Shown: piece after piece, positions 43,542-52,304 of the stretch
Layout: each line of letters opens with the position of its first letter
How positions within the stretch are numbered: position 1 is the first letter of the stretch
The notes under the pieces: generated by a model
The model's input: only the letters and a program-made list of their open reading frames with translations
What the model was told of the DNA's origin: nothing
Database searches by the model: none
Program-made: the position numbers and the translations under genes
From: an uncultured Acidobacteriaceae bacterium
Lineage (GTDB): Bacteria > Acidobacteriota > Terriglobia > Terriglobales > Acidobacteriaceae
DNA: 64,000 nucleotides
Assembly: GCA_963818865.1 (NCBI GenBank)
Contig: CAWFTQ010000007.1
Coordinates: 273,763 to 337,762 of the forward strand
Reading direction: 5' to 3'

Positions 43542-43778
43542 CTATTTATGTTGAAATAGCAGGCGCAGGCCCCGCTTGCCGGCGTTCATCACGATTCGAA
43601 TCGCGGCATGGGAGGAAGTTTCCGGACTGGAAACCTTGGCAGCTGCCTGCTCCCGGGCGAGGTGGGTCTTGGCGGAGGGGTGTCCTGTGCTAAGCGTGCA
43701 TTGCTCTTTCGCCTTAGCCCGGCACATAGGGCAACGGACGGACAATATATGTCGCAGCTTGAGCTTTGCAGTTTCCAC
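43542..43778 (-). CDS. Small zinc-finger-like hypothetical (78 aa)
   Basis: CPMCRAKAKEQCTLSTGHPSAKTHLAR resembles small CxxC...C...H proteins. Weak call. Confidence 0.35.
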   Translation of the reverse strand: METAKLKLRHILSVRCPMCRAKAKEQCTLSTGHPSAKTHLAREQAAAKVSSPETSSHAAIRIVMNAGKRGLRLLFQHK

Positions 43779-43878
43779 GTCTCATTGTTCAACATCGCTG
43801 GTTGGAAAAATGGTCAATTGTGCTCTCTCCTGGATATCGAAAGTATGGATATCGAAGGTATCGGACTCGGGAAGGCGC

Positions 43879-44562
43879 CTAGTCGTGCAGAACTACGTTA
43901 AGAAGAGAGCTGTGGACTTGTAGATTCCCTTCAACTCCCCCGGCATAATGAATGAACCCCAATTTCCTGAACCGGTTCATGAAGAAGCTGACCCGCGAAC
44001 GAGTGGTCCCGACCATCTCCGCCAAAGTTTCCTGGCTAATCTTGGGGACAACGGTCTCCGGGATGCCCTCTTTGCCGAAATGTGCGAGCAATAGAAGGAC
44101 CCGCGCTAGTCTCTTTTCGCTGGAGTTAAACAGCTGGTCGACCAGGTCCTCTTCGTAACGGATATTGCGCGCCAGCAGATATGCGACAAACATCTCAGAA
44201 AAAGCGGGCTCACGGTGAAGCGCCTCCATCATTGTTATCTTTTCGACTCGTAAAATCTCGCAATCGGTCATAGCTGCCGCGGAGCCCATCCGAAGTAATT
44301 GCCCAGCCAGGGAACCTTCGCCAAAAAAATTGCCTTCGCTGACGATCGCGATGGTCGCTTCCTTACCCGCCTGGGAAACGACGGTGAGCCTCACTTTGCC
44401 TTTCTGAACATAAAAGACCGCGTCGGCCCCGTCACCTTGGGCGAAGATGACTTGCTTTTTTGAAACAGACAGGATTTTTCTACCGTCTCCAATGGTGGCG
44501 AGGAAAGTGTCGGAGTCGAACTCTCTGTTTTTCTTGCTCAGCGCTGGGAGACGCATCAACAC
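43879..44562 (-). CDS. Crp/Fnr-family transcriptional regulator
   Basis: cNMP-binding block FFGEGSLAG...RMGSAAA. C-terminal HTH SQETLAEMVGTTRSRVSFFMNRFRKLGFI. Confidence 0.9.
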   Translation of the reverse strand: MLMRLPALSKKNREFDSDTFLATIGDGRKILSVSKKQVIFAQGDGADAVFYVQKGKVRLTVVSQAGKEATIAIVSEGNFFGEGSLAGQLLRMGSAAAMTDCEILRVEKITMMEALHREPAFSEMFVAYLLARNIRYEEDLVDQLFNSSEKRLARVLLLLAHFGKEGIPETVVPKISQETLAEMVGTTRSRVSFFMNRFRKLGFIHYAGGVEGNLQVHSSLLNVVLHD

Positions 44563-44863
44563 TAATTATAGTCTGGCGCAGGAAGCGAATCTTACAAAAC
44601 CTGGCGATGTACAGAATTTTCGCAAGTGAGCTATTTTGCACAGTATTTCGAACCGGAACGACCGAACCGGGGCGGCCACTTTCTAGAACACAGTTATCCG
44701 TCGAAACATAAATCCCGCGACAGTGGTCAATTTTGAGCAGTTTTTTCTTTCCCATCCGTTCCAATATGGGCACGGTAGCGGACAGGCAATCACTAAGACT
44801 GACTGATCCGCCGCTTCTCACGAATTCTTCCTAGGATCTCGTGATCACCCAGGAGACTACAAA

Positions 44864-45478
44864 ATGATCAAGAACACCTTTTTGCTTGCCATTCTATGCA
44901 TAGCCGTTCCGTTCACCGCTTTTGCCCGCAGTAGTGTTGACTTCACTAACAGCGGTGGCACTCTCGCAGGCGCCAGCAGCGGCCTGACGCTTACAGGATC
45001 GTCGCTTATCGCCGTCAATGGTCTTAACGGAGGAGGCTTGATTACCGGGAATGATCTGGGAACGTTGAGCTTTAGTACGAGCGGCCTCAGCGGCGGTAGC
45101 TTGCAGATGGGCGGAACTTTTGCCGCGGGTGGCACGTTCAACATCACAGGCAACGGCACCAGTGGAATTCCAAATGGCACGATCTTCAGTGGCTCCTTCA
45201 CCGGGCCCGTAACTTGGACCTTGGTGACTCTGGCCAATGGAACCCACAACTACACACTGACCGGCTCTTTGGCTGGGACGTGGTACAACGGCGGTACCGT
45301 GGATGGCGCCACCGTTCAGCTGACAGTTAACACCGGTAAGGGCTTCTTTAACGGCAGCACGAACATTTCGAGCGGCGATACCAACATCACAGTTCCGGAG
45401 CCCGGTACCCTCGGCCTTTTGGGCACGGGTTTAATCGGTATTGCGGGCGTTATTCGGCGCAAGCTAAAGCTGGCATAG
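44864..45478 (+). CDS. PEP-CTERM sorting-domain secreted protein
   Basis: Signal peptide, Gly/Thr/Ser/Asn-rich body, and C-terminal VPEPGTLGLLGTGLIGIAGVIRRK. Confidence 0.85.
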   Translation: MIKNTFLLAILCIAVPFTAFARSSVDFTNSGGTLAGASSGLTLTGSSLIAVNGLNGGGLITGNDLGTLSFSTSGLSGGSLQMGGTFAAGGTFNITGNGTSGIPNGTIFSGSFTGPVTWTLVTLANGTHNYTLTGSLAGTWYNGGTVDGATVQLTVNTGKGFFNGSTNISSGDTNITVPEPGTLGLLGTGLIGIAGVIRRKLKLA

Positions 45479-45505
45479 CAGAACCATTGCAAATTGTTTC
45501 AACTA

Positions 45506-45541
45506 GACCCCTGTGCAGCTACACACGAGGGGTCTTTTTTG
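45506..45541 (+). terminator. Rho-independent terminator after the PEP-CTERM gene
   Basis: Stem GACCCCT/AGGGGTC followed by TTTTTTGTT. Confidence 0.75.
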
Positions 45542-46063
45542 TTCCCAAAAGTACTTGGCGGCAGGACTCTGATGAGGGTTAGCCGCCAACTTCCAGAAGA
45601 CTGCGACACGTTGATTCCTGGTATTCGGATCCCTGCCACACAATGCTCCAAGGGCTCGGCGAAAGGCTATCACTTTTGACCAGCCCGCAAGTCCGCTGGC
45701 TTGCATTGTGTGCCTGATGAGCCTCAGGCAGCGTCATCTGGCGGAATGTTCGCGCATGTGAGCTATGTTGCTCAGACATGAAGTTCTGAGTCTGTCATTC
45801 TTCAGTTCGGAGAGTGGTGGAGGAGCAACGAACGCTGATTCGTAGCTCTCATTCTTTAGGTCGCAACGCGCTGGGCTCGATTCAAGTCCGGGCGGAGCGG
45901 TCACGTCCAGCCAATCAGCGTTTGTTCATCCGTGTGTATGCCGTGAAAGTTTCGGCGGGCACGATCCGACCCTAAACTCTTGAAACTCGAATTTGGGCGA
46001 CGCCTCGCTTGGACCAGGGGCTGCCTGCGACAGTAAAGAACAGTAAAGAAAGGTGTAAAGCAA

Positions 46064-46255
46064 ATGCCTCTAATTCAACTCCTGGAAGTTCTCGTCGTGG
46101 TGGGTGTTCTGTTATGGCTGGTAAATCGGTTCATTCCGATGCAGGGATCCATCAAGTCAATTCTGAACGGCGTCGTCGTAATCGCCGTGGTTCTGTGGCT
46201 GCTGAATGTGTTTGGACTGTTTCATTCGCTTACGCACATTCGCGTCGGTACTTAG
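46064..46255 (+). CDS. 63-aa two-TM membrane peptide (Thivi_2564-like family)
   Basis: MPLIQLLEVLVVVGVLLWLVNRFIPMQGSIKSILNGVVVIAVVLWLLNVFGL matches a remembered small-membrane-protein family pattern. Confidence 0.65.
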   Translation: MPLIQLLEVLVVVGVLLWLVNRFIPMQGSIKSILNGVVVIAVVLWLLNVFGLFHSLTHIRVGT

Positions 46256-46331
46256 AGCCAAGCAGCCATAGGTCCGAATACACCGATCGATACAAAGCAA
46301 CACGGCAGACATCTGCCGCAAAGGAGGTAGT

Positions 46332-47996
46332 GTGAAGAAAATGCTTTTGTTCGCCGCTGCAATCGTGCTGAGTGTACCCGCGGTAGCTCAAACCAATTCT
46401 CAAAATCTAGCCGTCGAGCAGATGAGTCCCACGCCGACGTTCCGCGTGGTTGTGATCAGCCGCAGCGTGCAGGCGGTCAACTATCAGCATCGCAGCGGAT
46501 CTTCGAAACTGGACTTCGCGGGCACGGATCTGATGCCCGGAGCAAACGGGGTAGCGCAGGTTAACAGCAAGCGTGGATCCATTGAGATAGAAGCAGAATT
46601 TGGAGATCTGCTCAAGCCCACGACGTTCGGCAATGAGTATCTGACCTATGTGTTGTGGGCGATTTCTCCCGAGGGACGGGCCGTGAACCTGGGCGAAGTG
46701 CTGCTCGGTGGGAATCATCGTAGCAAGCTTCGCGTAACCACGGATCTTCAGGCGTTCGCTCTGATTGTTACGGCGGAGCCTTATTATGCGGTGCGGCAGC
46801 CCAGTAACGCAGTAGTGCTGGAGAATGTGGTTCGCGACGACACCAAGGGAACAACCGAAGCGGTGAATGCAAAGTATGAACTGATGGAACGCGGGGGCTA
46901 CATCCCCACGGGCTACAAGTTCGATCCGGTGGTGTTGAACGCGAAATTGCCATTGGAATTTTTCGAAGCACGGAACGCGCTCCGCATTGCCCAATCCGAA
47001 GGAGCCGAAACCTATGCGAGCGACAGCTATAAGCGTGCCGTTGAGTTGATGGACACTGCTGATGGCTATGCCATCAACAAACATATCGACCGGAAGCCGC
47101 TGATCGCGGTTGCCCGCGAAGCGGTGCAGACGGCGGAAGATGCGCGCGCCATCGCGGTGAAGAAGATGGACGACGTGCGCCTGGCGAACGAACGTCAGGA
47201 TTCAGCGGATGCGCAGGCACTATCGCAAGAGCAGGCGGATAACGCTCGGCGGCAGACCGCGCAAGCCGAATCCGACACGGCGCGAGCCCAGGCGGCAAGA
47301 GATCAGGCGGAATCCGACACTTTGAATGCGCAAGCAGCCAAGACTCAGGCCGAGTCCGACGCAACCAGAGCACGGAACCAAGCGATGGATGCTCAAGCTG
47401 CAACCGCGCAGGCGAACGCGGACTTGGCGAACAGCCAGGCTGCATCCGCCAGTGCACTTTCCGCAGCGCAGGCTGATGCCGAGCAATCCCGCCTGGCGGC
47501 GCAGCAGGCGCAGTTAAGCGCCCAACAGGCTGAGACCGACAAAGCGGCCATGCGCGCGAAATTGTCGGAGCAGCTGAATTCCATTTTGCAGACTCGCGAT
47601 AGTGCGCGCGGGCTGATCGTCAGCATGTCCGATGTTCTGTTTGACACGGGGAGGTATTCGTTGAAGCCGGGAGCAAGGGAGAAGTTGGCGAAAGTCGCTG
47701 GCATTCTGCTGGCTTATCCTGGCCTCAACATTGAAGTCGGCGGCTATACCGACAATGTTGGCGGAGATGCGATGAACCAGACTTTGTCCGAAAATCGAGC
47801 CGACTCAGTGCGCGATTATCTGGTACAGGAAGGCGTGGCCAGAAATTCGGTTTCGGCCAGAGGATTCGGCAACACTTTGCCGGTCTCCTCCAACGATAAT
47901 TCTGCCGGACGGCAGCAGAACCGGAGAGTGGAACTTCTCGTATCCGGCGACGCCATCGGCAGCCCGGTAAACCCCACCACAGGAAATTTGCAGTAA
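46332..47996 (+). CDS. OmpA-family protein with an N-terminal secreted domain and an A/Q-rich coiled coil
   Basis: AGGAGG lies before the GTG at 46332. C-terminal OmpA block GYTDNVGGDAMNQTLSENRADSVRDYL...NRRVELLV. Confidence 0.85.
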   Translation: MKKMLLFAAAIVLSVPAVAQTNSQNLAVEQMSPTPTFRVVVISRSVQAVNYQHRSGSSKLDFAGTDLMPGANGVAQVNSKRGSIEIEAEFGDLLKPTTFGNEYLTYVLWAISPEGRAVNLGEVLLGGNHRSKLRVTTDLQAFALIVTAEPYYAVRQPSNAVVLENVVRDDTKGTTEAVNAKYELMERGGYIPTGYKFDPVVLNAKLPLEFFEARNALRIAQSEGAETYASDSYKRAVELMDTADGYAINKHIDRKPLIAVAREAVQTAEDARAIAVKKMDDVRLANERQDSADAQALSQEQADNARRQTAQAESDTARAQAARDQAESDTLNAQAAKTQAESDATRARNQAMDAQAATAQANADLANSQAASASALSAAQADAEQSRLAAQQAQLSAQQAETDKAAMRAKLSEQLNSILQTRDSARGLIVSMSDVLFDTGRYSLKPGAREKLAKVAGILLAYPGLNIEVGGYTDNVGGDAMNQTLSENRADSVRDYLVQEGVARNSVSARGFGNTLPVSSNDNSAGRQQNRRVELLVSGDAIGSPVNPTTGNLQ

Positions 47997-48006
47997 TAGG
48001 CAAAAG

Positions 48007-48029
48007 GCGCGGGCGAGTTGCCCGCGCCC
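48007..48029 (+). other. GC-rich hairpin between the OmpA-like gene and the next gene
   Basis: 9-bp stem GGCGCGGGC/GCCCGCGCC with loop GAGTT and no U-tract. Confidence 0.4.
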
Positions 48030-48057
48030 ATACGAACAGTAACGGAGGCAACACCGA

Positions 48058-48642
48058 ATGAAACTAATTGGATTAGTCAGCACAGCAGTATTGTCCTTGG
48101 CCATCGCGGCTCCGGTCTACGCACAGCAGGAGCAGCACGACCAACAGGAAGAGAAAGATAAGCCCGCGGAAAAGAAGGCTCAACCCGACAAGTCCGCCAA
48201 GCCAGAGGAAAAAAGCGCACAACCGGAGAAGAATGCCAAGCCGGAGGAGAAGAGTGCGCAACAGCCGGAGAAGAACGCCAAGCCCGAAGAGAAAAAGGCC
48301 CAGCAGCAAGATCAAGATAAAAACAACAAGCCGGCAGAAAGAAATGCGCAGCAGCAGCAAGCCAAGCCGCAGGAGCAGCACGCGAGTGGCAATCGTGGCG
48401 GCCGCATTCCCGACGATCGTTACAAGGCCAACTTTGGACAGCAACACACGTTTCGTGTTTCCCAAGGCGATTACAATAACCACCGCTTCCAATACGGCGG
48501 CTATTCGTTCGCATTCGTCGGCGCGTGGCCGAGCAACTGGCTCTACTCGCAAGACGTTTATGTGATCGACATCGATGGCGTGTATTACCTATGCAACCCG
48601 ATGTATCCCGGCGTGAACATTGCACTGGACGTCAACCTATAA
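48058..48642 (+). CDS. Secreted protein with KPEEKSAQ-type charged repeats and a globular C-terminal domain
   Basis: Signal peptide MKLIGLVSTAVLSLAIAAPVYA. Repeats KPAEKKAQPDKSAKPEEKSAQPEKNAKPEEKSAQQPEKNAKPEEKKAQ. Confidence 0.65.
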   Translation: MKLIGLVSTAVLSLAIAAPVYAQQEQHDQQEEKDKPAEKKAQPDKSAKPEEKSAQPEKNAKPEEKSAQQPEKNAKPEEKKAQQQDQDKNNKPAERNAQQQQAKPQEQHASGNRGGRIPDDRYKANFGQQHTFRVSQGDYNNHRFQYGGYSFAFVGAWPSNWLYSQDVYVIDIDGVYYLCNPMYPGVNIALDVNL

Positions 48643-48674
48643 CGAGCTACATTGAGCGCACTGTCTTGCGCAGG

Positions 48675-48706
48675 CGCGGGTCCACCGCTGGACTCGCGTT
48701 TTTTTT
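48675..48706 (+). terminator. Rho-independent terminator
   Basis: Stem GCGGGTCCA/TGGACTCGC followed by T8. Confidence 0.75.
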
Positions 48707-48806
48707 GACTGCATCGCTGCGCGATGAGTCACTCCCGGCGATTCACAAGCGCCAGCTTAAACGAGTTAGGCGTCAATAGAGGCAATAAAGGCAATAAGGA
48801 GAAAAT

Positions 48807-48962
48807 ATGCTTGGAACTGTATTAATCGTGATTCTAATCTTAGCGCTCTTAGGCGCGCTACCCAGGTGGCCGCATAGTCGAGGATGGGGATATTATCCAA
48901 CCGGAGGAGTAGGGCTCATTCTCTTCGTCGTGGTCGTTCTCCTGGTTCTCGGACGCATTTAA
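48807..48962 (+). CDS. 51-aa membrane peptide (DUF3309-like)
   Basis: Not in the ORF track. AAGGAGAAAAT precedes the ATG. MLGTVLIVILILALLGALPRWPHSRGWGYYPTGGVGLILFVVVVLLVLGRI matches the remembered DUF3309 pattern. Confidence 0.65.
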   Translation: MLGTVLIVILILALLGALPRWPHSRGWGYYPTGGVGLILFVVVVLLVLGRI

Positions 48963-49242
48963 ATTACACGGCACGGCCGCTATTTTCCACGACCAAGCGC
49001 GGCTGAGGAAGCACCCCAGGCCTCCTCAGTTGCGCTGACGCCATTCCTTTACCCCTTAACTCTCCGCCGGTGCACTCATCCTTCCTCCATTTACCTGCAG
49101 TGTTTTCCGGTGTGCGGGTTGACTTTCCATCGACTTTCGGTTGACATAAGCGTGGGTTCAGCGAGAATTGCCTGGCAAACACCCACGTTGAAGCAAGGCC
49201 TCCAGATTCAAATGGGGCTCGAATCATTCGCGAGGGAGAGCG

Positions 49243-50652
49243 ATGTACTTCGAACAGTTTTACCTGGGCTGTTTAGCGCACGCGTCCTACATGATGGCGT
49301 CTGAGGGTGAGGCGATTGTGGTGGACCCTCAGCGTGACGTGGAGATTTACCTGAAGGCTGCGGAGGCGAATCAAGTTTCTATTCGCCACATTTTTGAAAC
49401 TCACCTGCACGCTGATTTCGTTTCCGGGCACAGGGAACTGGCGTCGAGGACGGGCGCGAAGATCTATATCGGAGCACAAGCCGGCGCGACATTTCCCCAC
49501 ATAGCGGTGGAAGATGGCTTTCAATTGCAAGTAGGGAAAATGCGAATCACCGCTCTCGAAACTCCGGGACACACTCCTGAAAGCATTTGCCTGGTGGTTG
49601 CAGATGAAGAGAAGTCCACCGGCGATTCGTCTTCTGTAAAACCGTGGGCCGTGCTGACTGGCGATACGCTTTTTCTGGGAGATGTGGGTCGTCCGGATCT
49701 GTCGCGGCGATATACTCCCGCGCAACTGGCGGGCATGCTCTATGACAGCCTGCATAACAAAATTCTCAGGCTTCAGGACGATGTGCTGGTTTATCCCGCG
49801 CACGGGGCAGGCAGTTTGTGTGGACGGAACATGCGGGCCGAGAAAGTTTCCACCATTGGCACGGAACGCCTTACGAATTACGCGTTGCAGATCAAGAGCA
49901 GGGAAGAGTTCATCGAGCAGTTAACCTGCAACTTGCCGGCACGTCCGGAATATTTCTTGCGCGATGCGGAAATCAATCGTGCCGGAGCGGCAGCACTGTC
50001 GGAACTGCCGGCTTTGCCTCCGCTCGAACCGGCGGAGCTGAAGACCCTGCTGGCAGAAGGTGGAATCGCGCTCGATGTTCGTCCAGGCGAAGCGTTCGCC
50101 GCTGGCCACGTGCCCGGATCAGTGAACATAGCGTTGTCTGGACAGTTTGCCTCCTGGGCAGGAGCGCTGTTGGGTTTGGATTCGCGTCCAGTGTTGATCG
50201 CAGAGTCGGAGGCCGCAATGGCGGAAGCGCGAATGAGGCTGGCGCGGATTGGACTCGAAGATGCGCGAGGATATCTAAAGGGAGGCGTCGACGCTTGGAA
50301 GAAAGCTGGATTGCCTCTCAGCGCACTGCCGCAGATTACCGTTGAAGCTCTGAGCCAACGGTTGCAAGGCACAGGCATGCAGGTGTTGGACGTCCGTCGC
50401 GAGCGGGAGTGGGAGGACGGCCACATCGCGGCCGCTTCCTGGTGGCCGCTGGATAACTTCAAAGTTGCGCCTCCGGAGATCGATCGCAACGTTGCGATTG
50501 CGGTGCACTGCAAGGGCGGATACCGGAGCATGATTGCGTGCAGTCTGCTGCAGCGGGCTGGTTTCGAGAATGTGGTGAACGTGGTGGGCGGCTTCGACGC
50601 CTGGCAGGCGGCAAAGCTTCCGGTGGCTGCGGAGAAGCCAGTTGGGGCCTAG
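49243..50652 (+). CDS. Metallo-beta-lactamase-fold (persulfide-dioxygenase-like) protein fused to two rhodanese domains
   Basis: THLHADFVSG and TPGHTPES MBL motifs. C-terminal rhodanese active-site loop CKGGYRS. Confidence 0.85.
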   Translation: MYFEQFYLGCLAHASYMMASEGEAIVVDPQRDVEIYLKAAEANQVSIRHIFETHLHADFVSGHRELASRTGAKIYIGAQAGATFPHIAVEDGFQLQVGKMRITALETPGHTPESICLVVADEEKSTGDSSSVKPWAVLTGDTLFLGDVGRPDLSRRYTPAQLAGMLYDSLHNKILRLQDDVLVYPAHGAGSLCGRNMRAEKVSTIGTERLTNYALQIKSREEFIEQLTCNLPARPEYFLRDAEINRAGAAALSELPALPPLEPAELKTLLAEGGIALDVRPGEAFAAGHVPGSVNIALSGQFASWAGALLGLDSRPVLIAESEAAMAEARMRLARIGLEDARGYLKGGVDAWKKAGLPLSALPQITVEALSQRLQGTGMQVLDVRREREWEDGHIAAASWWPLDNFKVAPPEIDRNVAIAVHCKGGYRSMIACSLLQRAGFENVVNVVGGFDAWQAAKLPVAAEKPVGA

Positions 50653-50847
50653 AGGTCCGCGACGCAATCACAAACCGTGCCAGTTCCTGCGGATGCGACA
50701 TCGGCCTTACTCTCACCGTCCGGATGCTGTGTGATGTCGGCCTGCTTAAGTCAACTAGGAGCTACAATCCTGATGTAGCGCGAACAATCGATCCCTCTTC
50801 GCAACGGCGAGAAACTTCAATCCAGCGAAGCGCGAGGAATTAACGGT

Positions 50848-51141
50848 ATGGCTATCTCAATAAATCCGTCTGTCATAGCCTTTGCCGGAATGGGATGGAA
50901 ATCGGTGGGGGGCCAATTGCTGGCTTCGGGTGTGCTCCTGCTGAGCGGTTATCAAGACATAGGATTGCGCGCCCGCATGGGAGCGGCCTTCGGGTTTTTT
51001 ATGGCCATAGCCTTCGGCATCTCCGCCTTGATTACTGCGATCCGTGCGAACCTTTCGTATGCAGCCGCGATCTGCGCTGTGGTTCTTTGCTCCGAAACCT
51101 TTTTGATCCTGCGCTGGTGGTTTCGGAGGACCTCCGCGTAG
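50848..51141 (+). CDS. Hypothetical membrane protein (3 TM segments)
   Basis: Hydrophobic segments only. No family recognised. Confidence 0.4.
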   Translation: MAISINPSVIAFAGMGWKSVGGQLLASGVLLLSGYQDIGLRARMGAAFGFFMAIAFGISALITAIRANLSYAAAICAVVLCSETFLILRWWFRRTSA

Positions 51142-51303
51142 GCACATCGGGTGAACGCGGTGGGGCTGGTGCCCTTAATGGTGAAAAATCGTTTTATCAC
51201 CCACTGGCCGGGTTGCGAGTGAACCCGACCGACCCCCATAACCCAATTTTCCCTGCGGAATGCGATAAACTTCCTATCAAGGCCGCTGAGCGCCTGACGA
51301 ACA

Positions 51304-52179
51304 ATGAAAACCGCCAAACTGGCAAACTCCTACCGCGTTAACGATGGAAAACATTTCCGGTTGAAGGACTTTGATCCGGCTGACACTGGGCACTGGCACT
51401 CCGTCGAAGAAGCCAAAGACCAGGTACAGAAGGACATCCAACGCATGGAGGAGTTGCAAGCCATGCTTTATGCCCAGGATCGATGGTCGCTGCTGCTGAT
51501 TTTTCAGGCCCTGGACGCCGCCGGCAAAGACGGTACGATTAAGCACGTCATGTCAGGAGTGAATCCTGAAGGTTGCCAGGTGCACTCGTTCAAAGCGCCC
51601 TCTGCGAGGGAATTGCAGCATGATTTCCTATGGCGCACGACATGGGATTTGCCGGAGCGCGGCCACATTGGGATTTTCAATCGGTCTTATTACGAAGAGG
51701 TGCTGGTGGTGCGGGTGCATCCTACGGTGCTCGAGAGCCAGTTGGTGCCGCCCTCTTTGATCACGAAGGATATTTGGAAAGAACGCTTTGAAGATATTCA
51801 CTCGTTTGAGCGTCACATGGCGCGCAACGGCACCGTGATCCGCAAATTCTTTCTCCATCTTTCGAAGAAGGAGCAGAAGCAGCGATTCCTGGCGCGGCTC
51901 GATGAACCGGAAAAACATTGGAAGTTTTCCGAAGCGGATATTCACGAGCGCAAATATTGGGACGATTATCAGCAAGCCTATGATGAAATGATTTGCCACA
52001 CCGCCAGCAAACATGCTCCGTGGTATGTGGTTCCGGCGGACAATAAATGGTTCACACACCTGGTGGTCGCGGCTGCGATAGTGGAAACGCTGGAAGAACT
52101 TGATCTGTGCTATCCGAAGGTGGACGCGGCGAAGCTCAAGGAAATTCAGGCTGCCCGCAAACTGCTCGGGAAAAAGTGA
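51304..52179 (+). CDS. ppk2: Polyphosphate kinase 2 family (polyphosphate:nucleotide phosphotransferase)
   Basis: Walker-A-like ALDAAGKDGTIKHV and the IFNRSYYEEVLVVRVH block. Confidence 0.9.
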   Translation: MKTAKLANSYRVNDGKHFRLKDFDPADTGHWHSVEEAKDQVQKDIQRMEELQAMLYAQDRWSLLLIFQALDAAGKDGTIKHVMSGVNPEGCQVHSFKAPSARELQHDFLWRTTWDLPERGHIGIFNRSYYEEVLVVRVHPTVLESQLVPPSLITKDIWKERFEDIHSFERHMARNGTVIRKFFLHLSKKEQKQRFLARLDEPEKHWKFSEADIHERKYWDDYQQAYDEMICHTASKHAPWYVVPADNKWFTHLVVAAAIVETLEELDLCYPKVDAAKLKEIQAARKLLGKK

Positions 52180-52304
52180 AAGCGGCGTACTGTGGCCGGG
52201 CTTTCTATTCTGGCTGGGCCGCGTTACCATAGCAATGGTTCCGTATTGTTTGCTTTCTTTCTCTTTACTTTCGTTCCATATTCTCTAAATTGGGGGCTTC
52301 GAAC

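Noticed and set aside
44480-44821. 113-aa minus-strand ORF in the crp / PEP-CTERM divergent intergenic region
   Set aside because: It overlaps the crp 5' end in another frame, has no SD, and has odd composition. The region is more likely a divergent promoter region.
45569-45721. Two CUGAUGAG motifs (45569-45576 and 45714-45721), each inside or next to a hairpin, reminiscent of a hammerhead ribozyme core
   Set aside because: Neither is followed by a proper stem II and the obligatory GAAA, nor by a stem III/cleavage-site arrangement. The similarity is limited to the octamer.
45841-45900. tRNA-like fragments (GTAGCTC D-arm-like word and TTCAAGTCC T-loop-like word)
   Set aside because: No cloverleaf can be drawn. 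The putative T-stem has an A-C mismatch at the invariant G53-C61 position, there is no acceptor-stem complementarity, and no anticodon arm. At best this is a decayed remnant.
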